Assembly: GCA_003249955.1 (NCBI GenBank) | Contig: QKHS01000095.1 | Coordinates: 11,299-75,298, forward strand | Source: Bacteroidales bacterium | GTDB lineage: Bacteria; Bacteroidota; Bacteroidia; Bacteroidales; ML635J-15 | DNA length: 64,000 nucleotides | Direction: 5' to 3' | Shown here: piece by piece, positions 29,436-41,436 of the stretch | How the letters are laid out: each line of letters begins with the position of its first letter | Position numbering within the stretch: the first letter of the stretch is position 1 | Translations under genes and position numbers: made by a program | Notes under the pieces: generated by a model | What the model was told of the DNA's origin: nothing | The model's database searches: none | The model's input: only the letters and a program-made list of their open reading frames with translations

Positions 29436-31728
29436 AACCCTTGGTTTCGCGTTATTACTTATTTTACTCGGCTATTCAGCATTTTCTCAGACCGGAGCTA
29501 TAAAAGGCTTTGTTTACGACAAAGACAATGGTGAACCCTGTGCATTTGCAAACGTTTCTATAGATGGCACTCCCTATGGTGCAGCCACAGATATGAATGG
29601 ATATTTTTCCATTCCGAAAATACCTGACGGGACTTACAATATTGTAATTACATATGTTAGTTATGACAGTATTTCAGAGCCTTTCACCATAAGCAACGGC
29701 AAGATTTTCTCGAAGAATTATTATATGTCCAAAGCGGCATTTGTTCTTGACGAGGCTGTAGTTTCAGCCGAAAGGGAGGAAATGCGTACACAAACAAGAA
29801 TCTCTATAGTTAAAGTTTCTCCTACACAAATAAAACAGCTTCCGTCAATAGGCTCTGAGCCCGATATTGCCCAATACATGCAGGTTGTACCGGGAGTTAC
29901 TTTTACCGGAGACCAGGGCGGACAATTATATATAAGAGGTGGGTCCAACATCCAGAATCTTGTTCTCCTTGATGGAATGACAATTTATAATCCGTTTCAT
30001 TCCATAGGATTGTTTTCTGTTTTTGATTCAGACATTATAAGAAATGCGGATATTTATACCGGAGGGTTTAACTCCGAATACGGAGGAAGAATTTCTTCTG
30101 TTATGGATATTTCTATGCGTGACGGAAATCCTAACCGATTTGCAGGGAAAATATCAGGCAGCACATTCGGGACAAAACTTTTACTTGAGGGTCCACTTGT
30201 AAAATATAAGGAAGGCAAGTCCAGTCTGTCTTATATCCTGTCTGGGAAAACCTCATTTCTTGAACAGTCATCAAAATATTTATATAAATATATAAATGAT
30301 GGTGCAGGTTTGCCTTTCAATTATACAGACCTGTACGGAAAAATTTCCCTTAATTCTCCGGAAGGAAGCAGAGTAAATCTTTTCGGATTTAAATTTTCCG
30401 ACAATGTTAGTTATCAGGGACTTAGTGATCTTGGCTGGGATTCCTACGGCTTAGGGGCAAACGTCTCTCTGGTTCCTTCCGGTTCAACCGTAATGATTAA
30501 GGCCAATCTTTCTTATTCTGATTATAACATAAGTTTGCAGACTCTGGATAATTTACCCAGTTCAAGCGGTATAAGAGGATTTAATTTTGGCCTTGACTTC
30601 ATTTATTTCCTTGGGAAAAATCAATTTGTATGGGGTATAGAAACACTCGGTTTCAACACAGATTTCAATTTCTACAATTCTGTTGGCCGTTTAATTACCC
30701 AGTTTGAGAACACAACCGAATTGGGCACATATTTTAAGTTTAAATGGAATCTTGGAAATCTGCTTATTGAACCTGGTTTCAGAGTTCAGTATTATGCATC
30801 AATGAGTTCTGCCTCTCCTGAACCAAGATTAGGGTTAAAATATAATATCAATGAATTCCTGCGTTTTAAAATGGCAGCAGGAATTTACTCACAAAACCTT
30901 GTTGCTGCAAACAGCGATCGTGATGTTGTAAACCTTTTCTACGGGTTCCTTAGCGGCGACCTGAATCTCCCCAGCACTTTCAAAGGAGAAGATGTTACTC
31001 ATAAACTCCAGAAATCAGAGCATATTATTGCTGGGTTTGAAGTTGATTTAACAAATAAAATTAATTTAAATGTTGAGGGATATCTTAAGAACTTCTCTCA
31101 ATTGTCAACCATCAACAGGAATAAAGTGTACGATGACGACGATATAAATCAGGACAAACCTGAATATTTAAGAAAAGATTTCTTAATTGAGTCAGGATAT
31201 GCTTATGGAGTTGACTTTCTGGTTAAATATGATCAAAAAAATCTGTACATATGGTTTGTTTACTCTCTTGGATGGGTAAAACGTGATGACGGAGTGCAGA
31301 TTTATAGCCCGCATTATGATCGCAGACATAACATTAATCTTGTAACTACTTACAAATTCGGGAAAAATCAGTCATGGAATGTCAGTGCAAGATGGAATCT
31401 GGGTTCAGGATTCCCGTTCACCCAGACCGCAGGGTTCTACGAAGAAACCGATTTGTACAACAGCTTGAATTATCAGTATTGGCAAAACAACGGCTCTTTG
31501 GGAATAATATACGGAGAATTAAATACCGGGCGTTTGCCTTACTACCACAGACTTGACTTTACAGCCAGCAAGGTTATTACTTTCAGCAAATATTCGAAAC
31601 TTGAAATAAACTTTAGTATTACTAATGTTTATAACAGGCAAAACATATTTTATTTCGACAGGGTTGATTATAACCGTGTAGATCAGTTACCGATAATGCC
31701 TAGTTTGGGTCTCAGTTTAACATTTTAA
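29419..31728 (+). CDS. TonB-dependent receptor with a carboxypeptidase-regulatory-like N-terminal domain
   Basis: The internal ATG at 29419 gives the signal peptide MNKQIKTLGFALLLILLGYSAFSQ. CarboxypepD_reg-like GAIKGFVYDKDNGEPCAFANV. Plug-like QLYIRGGSNIQNLVLLDGMTIYNPFH. Terminal LGLSLTF. It overlaps the end of the DUF349 gene by 17 nt. Confidence 0.85.
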   Translation: MNKQIKTLGFALLLILLGYSAFSQTGAIKGFVYDKDNGEPCAFANVSIDGTPYGAATDMNGYFSIPKIPDGTYNIVITYVSYDSISEPFTISNGKIFSKNYYMSKAAFVLDEAVVSAEREEMRTQTRISIVKVSPTQIKQLPSIGSEPDIAQYMQVVPGVTFTGDQGGQLYIRGGSNIQNLVLLDGMTIYNPFHSIGLFSVFDSDIIRNADIYTGGFNSEYGGRISSVMDISMRDGNPNRFAGKISGSTFGTKLLLEGPLVKYKEGKSSLSYILSGKTSFLEQSSKYLYKYINDGAGLPFNYTDLYGKISLNSPEGSRVNLFGFKFSDNVSYQGLSDLGWDSYGLGANVSLVPSGSTVMIKANLSYSDYNISLQTLDNLPSSSGIRGFNFGLDFIYFLGKNQFVWGIETLGFNTDFNFYNSVGRLITQFENTTELGTYFKFKWNLGNLLIEPGFRVQYYASMSSASPEPRLGLKYNINEFLRFKMAAGIYSQNLVAANSDRDVVNLFYGFLSGDLNLPSTFKGEDVTHKLQKSEHIIAGFEVDLTNKINLNVEGYLKNFSQLSTINRNKVYDDDDINQDKPEYLRKDFLIESGYAYGVDFLVKYDQKNLYIWFVYSLGWVKRDDGVQIYSPHYDRRHNINLVTTYKFGKNQSWNVSARWNLGSGFPFTQTAGFYEETDLYNSLNYQYWQNNGSLGIIYGELNTGRLPYYHRLDFTASKVITFSKYSKLEINFSITNVYNRQNIFYFDRVDYNRVDQLPIMPSLGLSLTF

Positions 31729-31734
31729 ATTTAA

Positions 31735-33345
<1,611 letters not shown>

Positions 33346-33422
33346 GAAACAACAAATAACAAAACGGCATCCATTGAATTCCAAAATACAGACTATAAAT
33401 GATTCTGAGATTTTGAAAACGA

Positions 33423-35366
33423 ATGGCAACAAAATTAGAAAGTATGGATAAAAACAGTATTATAGGATTATTGGTTATCGGCGCTTTGCTCGTTGGGTAC
33501 ATGCTTATAACGGCACCAAGCAAAGAGGAAAAAGCCGAAATGAAAAGAAAGCAGGATTCTATTGCTCAGGTAGAACATCAGAGAGACTCTCTTGAAAGAG
33601 TCCAGCGGGATATTATTGCTCAACAGGAAGACAGTATTTCGAAAGCAACCGACTCAGTTCCGGTGATTTCAGATACTTTAAGTATTGAACAAAAGGATTC
33701 TATTGAGTCATTGGCTCTTGCATCAAAATACGGAACATTTAAAGATGCTGCAACAGGAACGGAAGAGTTTCTGGTTATCGAAAACGAAAAGATGATTATC
33801 ACTCTTACAAACCGGGGTGGTAAAGTTTATTCTGTTGAACTTAAAGATTACAAAACTTATTATCAGGAACCTCTGATTCTTTTTGTAAACGATTCTGCTT
33901 CGGTATTCGGTCTGGAATTAATGGCAGACGGAAAGCCTTTGATTACCAACGACATGTATTTTGTCCCGACAACAGATGCAGACACAATAAAGACAGACGG
34001 CAAAGAAGTTAAAGCTTCTATGCGTCTTGAAGCATCCAAAGACAAATACATCGAATTCCTTTACACCGTTAAACCTGACGAGTACATGATTGATTTTGAC
34101 ATAAACATCGTCGGGTTAAAATCAGAAATAGATGCAAATCCATATGTTACATTAAGATGGAACAGCAAAATTCCCGGACTTGAAAGAGGCCGTGACTGGG
34201 AATCAAACAACACTACTATTTTCATGCGCATGACAGATGACGAAATAGAAAAACTGGGCGAAACCAAAGCAAAAGATGATTTCGACAGTAGCGGAGCCAT
34301 TAAATGGATAGCATACAAGCAACAGTTTTTCTCGTCAGTATTAATTGCAAAAAACAAACTTGATAATCCGACAGTTAGCCTCACTAAAATAGAAGATAAA
34401 GAAAGTAAATATCTTAAAAACTTTAATTCTGAATTTACTTTCGACCTTAATGATTCTGATAATCAATCACAAAATTTTAGTTTCTACTTCGGCCCCAATA
34501 AATTCTCGACTTTAAAACAATATGATTTAAAATTAGAAAAAGTTGTTCCTTTGGGATGGGGTATTTTTGGCTGGGTAAACCGTTTCCTTATCATTCCTAT
34601 TTTCAACTGGCTTGGAGGATTCATAAGTAACTTCGGTATTATAATACTGTTGTTGACCCTTATAATTAAAATAATTCTTTTCCCGTTAACTTATAAATCG
34701 TCAATGTCATCAGCTAAAATGAGAGTTCTGAAACCTCAGATTGATGCATTATCTGCCAAGTTCCCTAAAGGAAAAGAAATGGAAAAACAGCAGGCAACAA
34801 TGGCACTTTATAAAAAAGCCGGTGCCAGTCCTATGGGAGGATGTTTACCTATGCTGATACAGTTCCCTATATTAATCGCGATGTTCCGGTTTTTCCCTGC
34901 ATCCATAGAGTTGCGCCAGCAAAGTTTCCTTTGGGCAAATGACCTGTCAACTTATGATGCTATTGTTGAGTGGAGCGGAAACATTCCTTTAATTTCAAGT
35001 ATGTATGGTAACCACATAAGTTTGTTTACTTTACTGATGGCTATTTCAATGTTGATTTCAACAATTATGACCAGTGCCAATCAGCCACAGAACAACAGCA
35101 TGCCGGGAATGAAATACATGATGTATTTAATGCCTGTGATGATGATTTTCTGGTTCAACAAATACTCTTCAGGATTAAGTTACTATTATTTCCTTGCAAA
35201 TCTTATCACAATACTTCAAACCTGGATTATTCAGAAATTTATTATTGATGAAAAGAAAGTTCTTGCACAAATGGAAGCCAAGAAAAAGACTGTAAAACCA
35301 AAGTCAAAATGGCAACAAAGACTGGAAGAGGCAGCAAAAATGCAACAACAAAGAGCTAAAAAATAA
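33423..35366 (+). CDS. yidC: Membrane protein insertase YidC (long Bacteroidota form)
   Basis: Large periplasmic domain followed by the conserved core, GWGIFGWV...IIILLLTLIIKIILFPLTYKS...MALYKKAGASPMGGCLPMLIQFPILIAMF. The true start may be the ATG at 33444 (MDKNSIIG). Confidence 0.9.
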   Translation: MATKLESMDKNSIIGLLVIGALLVGYMLITAPSKEEKAEMKRKQDSIAQVEHQRDSLERVQRDIIAQQEDSISKATDSVPVISDTLSIEQKDSIESLALASKYGTFKDAATGTEEFLVIENEKMIITLTNRGGKVYSVELKDYKTYYQEPLILFVNDSASVFGLELMADGKPLITNDMYFVPTTDADTIKTDGKEVKASMRLEASKDKYIEFLYTVKPDEYMIDFDINIVGLKSEIDANPYVTLRWNSKIPGLERGRDWESNNTTIFMRMTDDEIEKLGETKAKDDFDSSGAIKWIAYKQQFFSSVLIAKNKLDNPTVSLTKIEDKESKYLKNFNSEFTFDLNDSDNQSQNFSFYFGPNKFSTLKQYDLKLEKVVPLGWGIFGWVNRFLIIPIFNWLGGFISNFGIIILLLTLIIKIILFPLTYKSSMSSAKMRVLKPQIDALSAKFPKGKEMEKQQATMALYKKAGASPMGGCLPMLIQFPILIAMFRFFPASIELRQQSFLWANDLSTYDAIVEWSGNIPLISSMYGNHISLFTLLMAISMLISTIMTSANQPQNNSMPGMKYMMYLMPVMMIFWFNKYSSGLSYYYFLANLITILQTWIIQKFIIDEKKVLAQMEAKKKTVKPKSKWQQRLEEAAKMQQQRAKK

Positions 35367-35373
35367 TAAAACC

Positions 35374-35402
35374 GGGAGCCTGTAAATTCAGGCTCCCTTT
35401 TT
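35374..35402 (+). terminator. Intrinsic terminator after yidC
   Basis: 9-bp GC-rich stem gggagcctg / caggctccc with loop taaatt, followed by ttttt. Confidence 0.8.
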
Positions 35403-35406
35403 AAAA

Positions 35407-36084
35407 ATGGATATCAAAAAAGAAAATACCCCGGCAATGTTCGATGAAATCGCGACTACTTACGATTCATTAAACCATATCCTCTCTTTCGGACTTGACA
35501 AAAAATGGCGAAGAAAATTCATTAAAAACCTACCGGAACAGAAATACGGAACCATTGCCGATATAGCCTCGGGAACAGGAGATTTACTGGTAAAACTGCA
35601 GATATTAAATGCCAGCAAATATTATGCACTCGATCCTGCCGAAAACATGCTGGACATAGCTAAAGATAAGGTTCCAAACGCAGAATTTATTGTTTGTACT
35701 GCCGAAAGCATTCCCCTACCCGATTCGTCATGCGATCTGGTTACAGTTTCATTCGGTATCAGAAATTTCGCGGATCTTAACACTTCATTTGCCGAAATTC
35801 ACCGTATATTAAAACCAAACGGAATAATTTCGATAATGGAATTCTCACAGCCTGAGTTTTTCCTGTTCAGATTCGGATTCATCATTCACTTAAAACTGTT
35901 CCTTCCGATAGTTGGCAGGATTATTTCGAAAAACAAATCAGCTTATAAATACTTACAATCTTCAATTTTTGATTTTGCAAAAAATGTGGATGTATTTAAG
36001 TTGCTTGAGAATAATAATCTTAAAAAAATCAATGAAAAACGAATGTTGTTCGGAGCTGTGAGGATTTATGTTGGTAGAAAATAA
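35407..36084 (+). CDS. ubiE: Demethylmenaquinone / ubiquinone-family C-methyltransferase
   Basis: MFDEIATTYDSLNHILSFGLDKKWRR is typical of UbiE/MenG. SAM-binding DIASGTGDL and later FGIRNF are also present. Confidence 0.85.
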   Translation: MDIKKENTPAMFDEIATTYDSLNHILSFGLDKKWRRKFIKNLPEQKYGTIADIASGTGDLLVKLQILNASKYYALDPAENMLDIAKDKVPNAEFIVCTAESIPLPDSSCDLVTVSFGIRNFADLNTSFAEIHRILKPNGIISIMEFSQPEFFLFRFGFIIHLKLFLPIVGRIISKNKSAYKYLQSSIFDFAKNVDVFKLLENNNLKKINEKRMLFGAVRIYVGRK

Positions 36085-36125
36085 TGTTGCTAAAACAGCC
36101 ATCATTAAAAATATTCTTGTGTAAT

Positions 36126-36163
36126 AAAAAATGGGTTGCTTAAATCGAAACAACCCATTTTAT
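36126..36163. terminator. Bidirectional intrinsic terminator between ubiE (+) and the DUF285 surface protein gene (-)
   Basis: Stem aatgggttg / caacccatt with a 12-nt loop, flanked by an A run on one side and a T run on the other. The T6 run is stronger for the minus-strand transcript. Confidence 0.65.
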
Positions 36164-36181
36164 TCTAAAAATCTTAACCAA

Positions 36182-38068
36182 CTATTCCACCATAACTTTA
36201 GTAAATATTGAATTCTCATTACCTTGGATTTCAATAAAATATAAGCCGGGGTTTTTATCACTTAAATCAATACTCATATTATTGCTTTCTATTTTCTCTG
36301 TTTTAATAATTCGGCCAAGTTCATCACTTATAATTATTAAACTATAATTTTGCAAATTATCAGCTTCAATGTTTACATTTCCTGTTGTGGGATTTGGATA
36401 GACTGAGAATAAGCTGGTTTCATCTTCAATCCCACCAAATGATTCTATTGTGGCATCGAAATTACATGTAGTTTGTCTGCCCGAAGCATCTGCCACAGTC
36501 CACAGAATAGTTGTTGTCCCTAAATCAAGAACACTGCCATTTAAACTGTTTGAGTTGCTGAAATCATTGATTAAATATGAAACCATACAATTGTCATCAA
36601 ATGCCAATGGATCCAATTCGGTGCCTTGTACAGTGTAAGTTTGGCTATTATCATCAGCAACAACCGTAAAGTTTGAAGGACATGTAATTGTAGGGTCCTC
36701 CCCATCATCAACAAGTCCGCCATCTGTAATAATCCAACTATTGGGTGTTCCGGTTAGTATGTTATGTGCAGTTATTGCAGCGCAGGAATATTTGCTGTTC
36801 CCCCCGCAGAAAGCTACATTGGGGAATAAAGTTTGTGCTGCCCAACCAATTAATAATGCATCATAATTTGCAACCGAGAGACTATCTCCATAAAACATAT
36901 CATCCATAAATTCTATATTACTTACATCCCAGCTTCCAATATCCTGATTAAATGCAGTGGCGTATGCAAACATAAAATACATTTTTATCACACTACTCAC
37001 GTCCCAGTTTCCGATATCCTGATTGAAGGCAGTGGCATAATTAAACATACCAGACATCTGTGTTACGCTACTCACATCCCAACTCCCAATATCCTGATTA
37101 AATGTTGAGGCATAAAGAAACATACCTCTCATATCTATCGCACTACTAACATCCCAGCTTCCGATATCCTGATTAAAGGCAATGGCGTGATAAAACATAT
37201 AATTAAAATTAGTAACACTACTCACGTTCCAGTTTCCGATATCCTGATTAAATGCTGTGGCATCCTCAAACATAGAGTTCATATGAGTAACACTACCCAC
37301 ATTCCAATTGCCAATATTCTGATTAAACGCCGTGGCATCAGAAAACATTCTACTCATATAAATAACACTACTCACATCCCAGCTTCCTATATCCTGATTA
37401 AATGCTGGGGTGTACTCAAACATCCCTTGCATATCTGTTACATTACTTACATCCCAGCTTCCGATATTTTGATTAAATGCTATAGCTCCATAAAACATTG
37501 AATACATATCAACAACACTACTCACATCCCAATTGCCAATATTCTGATTAAATGCAGAGGCAAAATAAAACATACAATTCATACTGGTAACACTACTTAC
37601 ATCCCAACTTCCGATATCATGATTAAATGCAGTAGCACCAGCAAACATATGACTAAGATTTGTAACACCTGCAGGCAATACATCCGGAACTACTGTAAGA
37701 TGAATTGCATCACGACATGAATAAGATAAATCCGTTAATCCAATATTTCCAAAATCATTAATTTTTACAAGTTTACCGGCATTTGAAGAAGCAATAGCCT
37801 CATTAGAAACACCAAAATGAGTAAGAGTCCCATTTATAATTACTGTGTAAATACCATTTACAGAGTAGGTATGGTTTCTATTACCCGGGCCTGAGAATGA
37901 TTCTGAACTCTCATCCCCCCAATCAACTGTTACATCTACAGTTCCGTATAAAGGCAATGTAATGGTTGTGCCTGCCGATAAATTTGTATTAAATTCCAGG
38001 CTCATTTGTGCCTGTAAGATAAATACCGATACCAAAAGTGCCAGTGTGAGAAATAACTTTTTTGTCAT
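36182..38068 (-). CDS. BspA-like / DUF285 repeat surface protein with an HYR-like domain and a T9SS type A C-terminal sorting domain
   Basis: Signal peptide. About ten 25-aa units of consensus [25 protein letters not shown]. HYR-like [17 protein letters not shown]...[20 protein letters not shown]-terminal [13 protein letters not shown]...LYFIEIQ. Confidence 0.85.
   Translation of the reverse strand: MTKKLFLTLALLVSVFILQAQMSLEFNTNLSAGTTITLPLYGTVDVTVDWGDESSESFSGPGNRNHTYSVNGIYTVIINGTLTHFGVSNEAIASSNAGKLVKINDFGNIGLTDLSYSCRDAIHLTVVPDVLPAGVTNLSHMFAGATAFNHDIGSWDVSSVTSMNCMFYFASAFNQNIGNWDVSSVVDMYSMFYGAIAFNQNIGSWDVSNVTDMQGMFEYTPAFNQDIGSWDVSSVIYMSRMFSDATAFNQNIGNWNVGSVTHMNSMFEDATAFNQDIGNWNVSSVTNFNYMFYHAIAFNQDIGSWDVSSAIDMRGMFLYASTFNQDIGSWDVSSVTQMSGMFNYATAFNQDIGNWDVSSVIKMYFMFAYATAFNQDIGSWDVSNIEFMDDMFYGDSLSVANYDALLIGWAAQTLFPNVAFCGGNSKYSCAAITAHNILTGTPNSWIITDGGLVDDGEDPTITCPSNFTVVADDNSQTYTVQGTELDPLAFDDNCMVSYLINDFSNSNSLNGSVLDLGTTTILWTVADASGRQTTCNFDATIESFGGIEDETSLFSVYPNPTTGNVNIEADNLQNYSLIIISDELGRIIKTEKIESNNMSIDLSDKNPGLYFIEIQGNENSIFTKVMVE
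36884..37666 (-). repeat. About ten in-frame tandem 75-bp (25-aa) DUF285-type repeats, diverged at the nucleotide level
   Basis: I counted the repeated FN(Q/H)(D/N)IG(S/N)W(D/N)V motif ten times between about aa 135 and aa 395 of the 628-aa protein. Confidence 0.85.
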
Positions 38069-38661
38069 AATTTTAAATTTTAATTCTTTTTACTATTCTG
38101 GTAATAAGCATCTTTTTTATTTTCCTTTCCCTGAACAGCCAAAAATGATTTTACAAACATAAAGTAATATTCTTAGCTTATTACCTAAATTTTTTATATT
38201 TACTATTCAGACTCTCTCTTGAACAATAAGGTTGTAAATAAAATACATATTTTTACATATTTGTGAAATTAATTTGTAAAACAAGAAAAGCTTCCTCTTT
38301 CCTAAAGCAACTTTTACAAATATGTCTCTATTACAGGTAATTAAGTTTTTGACACATTTTTGAACTTAATTTACTACATATGTGTAGCCAGATTTTAGGA
38401 CCGGTCACTACTATCCCGCCTATTTTGCTTATACATTGCCAGATTGTGTTTTTTATTTATATCTAGTTGTGTTTTTATCTCCAATTTTTTCAATTATTCC
38501 ATAAATAAAGCCTAACGGTTTATGGTATGGCGTAGTGAGGGATTATAAGATGATTGACGTCTGCAGAGCGAAGATAATCACGCGGAAATCCGTCCTGCGA
38601 ATACTCACCGAACCCAGCCATTACTTATACTGAGTGTTGACAGTAGTATTTTCAGTTTGGT

Positions 38662-39105
38662 TCACGGATTTGAAGGTCTGCTGTCTGTCCAATCAATAAT
38701 TAGTTTTCTTTCAGAAAACAACCAATTGTTATCTTCTTTTACAAATGTGTCATAGTAACGAATATACATTATTGTCAAAGTTCGTTGTCCGTTTTCGGTT
38801 TTTAAATGGTGTGCAACGCAATACGTTTCTCCTGTCGCTTTATCGCCATTTATAGTCAAACTTGTTTGTCCGTTAATATGCGTTGTCAGGTCATAGTCTT
38901 TTAGTCCGCCAAAAGCATTTTTAAGTTCTTGTCGTCCTTGCAAAACCTGTATTGGTTTGTGCGTGTCGGGTTCGCCTTGATAAACATTTACAACAGCGTT
39001 TTTAGCGAACAGTTGCGATTGGTTGCCTGCTTGTCGTCTATCTGCATAATGAGCATACAAATTGATAAGTTCCATGATTGAAATTCTGTCTGCAATGTTT
39101 GTCAT
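38662..39105 (-). CDS. NTF2-like (SnoaL-like) family protein
   Basis: From the internal ATG: MTNIADRISIMELINLYAHYADRR..., the typical first helix of SnoaL/NTF2-like proteins. The track ORF extends to 39171, but the extra 22 aa have no recognisable feature. Confidence 0.6.
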   Translation of the reverse strand: MTNIADRISIMELINLYAHYADRRQAGNQSQLFAKNAVVNVYQGEPDTHKPIQVLQGRQELKNAFGGLKDYDLTTHINGQTSLTINGDKATGETYCVAHHLKTENGQRTLTIMYIRYYDTFVKEDNNWLFSERKLIIDWTDSRPSNP

Positions 39106-39276
39106 ATTGTCTTTTGTTTTCAGTCTTGTAATATTACTGCCAACGCCTACAGTTATATTTTGTGCGGGCATGGTTACTAAAATTTTTCAAATTTACAAAT
39201 CAAAAAGTAAATGATGGAACGGAGAAAAAACCACCAAAAATCAGACTGTGGTTATTTCTTAATAAGTAAATAATTC

Positions 39277-39702
39277 CTATGCTTTTTCAACGTACTTCTT
39301 AAAATTATTTAAAATCGCCTGCCAGCCAAAGCGTTGTAGCTCAACAGAATTTTCGGTTTCGGCTTCGAATATTTGTTCAATCAAAGTCTGCTCTCCCATA
39401 TCTGTGAAAAGAGTCTTTACTTTGCGCCCGTCATCAAGAACAGATTCAATTAACTCATATTTTTCCACCCTGTCATAAACTCCCGAAAAATCAAAGCCCT
39501 GGCTACCGTCTTTAGCTTCCATCCTTGACAAAAACTTTCCACCCGGCTGCAAATCATTTTCGGCATAAGTCGTGTGCCAGTCATCCGAAGCATTATTCCA
39601 TTTTACAATATGTTCAGGCAAGGTCCAAAGTTTCCACACAGTCTCAATATCAGAGTTTACACGAACCATGATTGAGACCGATTCCTTTATATTATTTTCC
39701 AT
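39277..39702 (-). CDS. SRPBCC (AHSA1/START-like) domain protein
   Basis: From the internal ATG at 39702: MENNIKESVSIMVRVNSDIETVWKLWTLPEHIVKWN...GFDFSGVYDRVE...GWQAILNNFKKYVE, a typical AHSA1-family pattern. This start removes the overlap with the upstream gene. Confidence 0.7.
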   Translation of the reverse strand: MENNIKESVSIMVRVNSDIETVWKLWTLPEHIVKWNNASDDWHTTYAENDLQPGGKFLSRMEAKDGSQGFDFSGVYDRVEKYELIESVLDDGRKVKTLFTDMGEQTLIEQIFEAETENSVELQRFGWQAILNNFKKYVEKA

Positions 39703-39706
39703 AGTT

Positions 39707-40147
39707 TTAAACTTTTCCCGTACAATTGAACATCCATTGCACCCCAAACTTATCAGTACAGGACCCATAATATGCTCCCCAAAAAGTTTCCTGAAGGTCC
39801 ATAGTTATTTTTCCACCTGCAGATAAAGCATCAAATAATCTTTTGGTTTCTGCACGTGTTTCGGGGTCAAGGTTAATATGAACATTATTTCCGAAATTCA
39901 AATTAAAGCCTCTCGATTCCGGGGCATCCGTACCCATAATCAGGTATCCGTCAAGTATTGGCAATTCAATGTGCATTATAAGATTTTTATCCTCTTCTGC
40001 CAAAGCAGGCATTCCCTCCATGGCCGGCATATCGCCTAAGCGTGCAATTCCTCCTCCGCTGAATTCTCCGCCAAATACCGATTTGTAAAAGTTAAACGCC
40101 TCTTCTGTGTTACGGGCGAAATTAAGATATGTGCTGACTCGTGACAT
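39707..40147 (-). CDS. VOC-family (glyoxalase/PhnB-like) protein
   Basis: STYLNFARNTEEAFNFYKSVFGGEF...LMHIELPI...FWGAYYGSCTDKFGVQWMFN is typical of the PhnB-like VOC family. Confidence 0.75.
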   Translation of the reverse strand: MSRVSTYLNFARNTEEAFNFYKSVFGGEFSGGGIARLGDMPAMEGMPALAEEDKNLIMHIELPILDGYLIMGTDAPESRGFNLNFGNNVHINLDPETRAETKRLFDALSAGGKITMDLQETFWGAYYGSCTDKFGVQWMFNCTGKV

Positions 40148-40245
40148 AATATTTTCATTTTAGGTTATACCATAATTTAACAATTTAAACAGCATTTTGT
40201 TGCTGAATGAAATTACGTACCAAATCAGAACCGGAGTAAAAATAA

Positions 40246-40275
40246 AAAAGCTACCTCCTTACGAAAGTAGCTTTT
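40246..40275 (-). terminator. Intrinsic terminator after the lipoprotein gene 40300..41406
   Basis: On the minus strand: aaaagctac, a 12-nt loop, gtagctttt, then a further T-rich run (ttttttatttt). Confidence 0.65.
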
Positions 40276-40299
40276 ATGATAAATAAAAATTTCTTTATA

Positions 40300-41406
40300 T
40301 TACGGGATGACCACCGGAATAGGCTCGCACATCCTGGTTAAATCATAAGTAGTACCGTTGGTTGTAATATTCCATGTTTTACGCAAGCTGAAGTAATATG
40401 TCTGGCCTGATACAAGTGTATAACCGGCGGCAGCAAGATTAGAAACAATCTGCGAATAATTAAAGGTTTCATCAGAACGTATGTCACTTTCGCCGTTTGC
40501 GTTTACAGTGTTGGGAACCAATGTATTTGTATTAACAGCCATTGCTTCGGCATCAACAGTTAAAGTCCCGTCTGAACCTCTGAAAACATGTTGTGAGGTA
40601 TGTGAGTTTATTGTTCCTCCATTCTGATCAAAGTCAACAAATGTATGTATTCCATAATAATTAACAGACTCATTGGAAACAATTGTTATCCCGTACGGAG
40701 GAGAATGTCTTATCTGCTGTATTCCCTGCTCCAGAAGGACTCCTATATTAAGCAACGGTCTTATACCGGCAAATTCCCATGTGTAGTTAAGGTAGCTGTA
40801 TGAGATAACGTAAACTGAAGCATCGGCATCGAACTGAAGATGAATATTTTCTACATCACTTGCATCTGACAATGTAAATGTAAGCGGATATTCAAAAACT
40901 ACAGCTCCGCTTCCGAAAACATTTGTTACCCCCTGAGCTTCGGTAAATGTTTGTGCGGGATTTGCTATAGAAGCTGTTGCCGAAGCAGAAACAGATGCTG
41001 TGTAATTGTTCCCGTTATAAGTTGTACTTACTCCCGAAACTGTAATTTTAATACCGGTATAGGAACCAACAGGAATATCAGCCGAAACAAGATCATCAAC
41101 AGTACCCTGAAAATCGCGCAAATCAACTGTTTTACTTCCATTAAGCAGTTCGATATATTCTCCGTCGCTGTTTTTCAACATTATAGAAGAATAAGTAATC
41201 TCACATTTGGTAAGAAGACTTGCATCGGCAATTCCCTCAGATGTAGTTTTGGTTGTAGTATGAGGAACACGTGCATCATAAAGTTTTATGTTTACTTTTG
41301 CATTTTCCTCTTTGGGTTCATCTTTTTTACAGCCGGTAAAGAAAAACGGTAAAGCAAATAATCCGATTAACAGGATTGATAAAAATCCGGAACATGTTTT
41401 TTTCAT
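40300..41406 (-). CDS. Hypothetical lipoprotein (possibly DUF4382-like)
   Basis: Lipobox FFFTGCKKDEP, followed by a beta-rich S/T/N-rich sequence. The family assignment is from memory only. Confidence 0.5.
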   Translation of the reverse strand: MKKTCSGFLSILLIGLFALPFFFTGCKKDEPKEENAKVNIKLYDARVPHTTTKTTSEGIADASLLTKCEITYSSIMLKNSDGEYIELLNGSKTVDLRDFQGTVDDLVSADIPVGSYTGIKITVSGVSTTYNGNNYTASVSASATASIANPAQTFTEAQGVTNVFGSGAVVFEYPLTFTLSDASDVENIHLQFDADASVYVISYSYLNYTWEFAGIRPLLNIGVLLEQGIQQIRHSPPYGITIVSNESVNYYGIHTFVDFDQNGGTINSHTSQHVFRGSDGTLTVDAEAMAVNTNTLVPNTVNANGESDIRSDETFNYSQIVSNLAAAGYTLVSGQTYYFSLRKTWNITTNGTTYDLTRMCEPIPVVIP

Positions 41407-41428
41407 AATGGTTAGTTTTGAGTTTACG

Positions 41429-41436
41429 CAAATTTA
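41429..41436 (-). promoter_or_regulatory. Candidate -7 box TAAATTTG upstream of the lipoprotein gene
   Basis: Exact TAnnTTTG match on the minus strand, 23 nt upstream of the ATG at 41406. Confidence 0.4.

Noticed and set aside
37187-37501. Repeat-containing 104-aa ORF on the plus strand ([11 protein letters not shown] repeated).
   Set aside because: It is the antisense mirror of the DUF285 repeats of the minus-strand gene 36182..38068. The periodicity is inherited, not independent.
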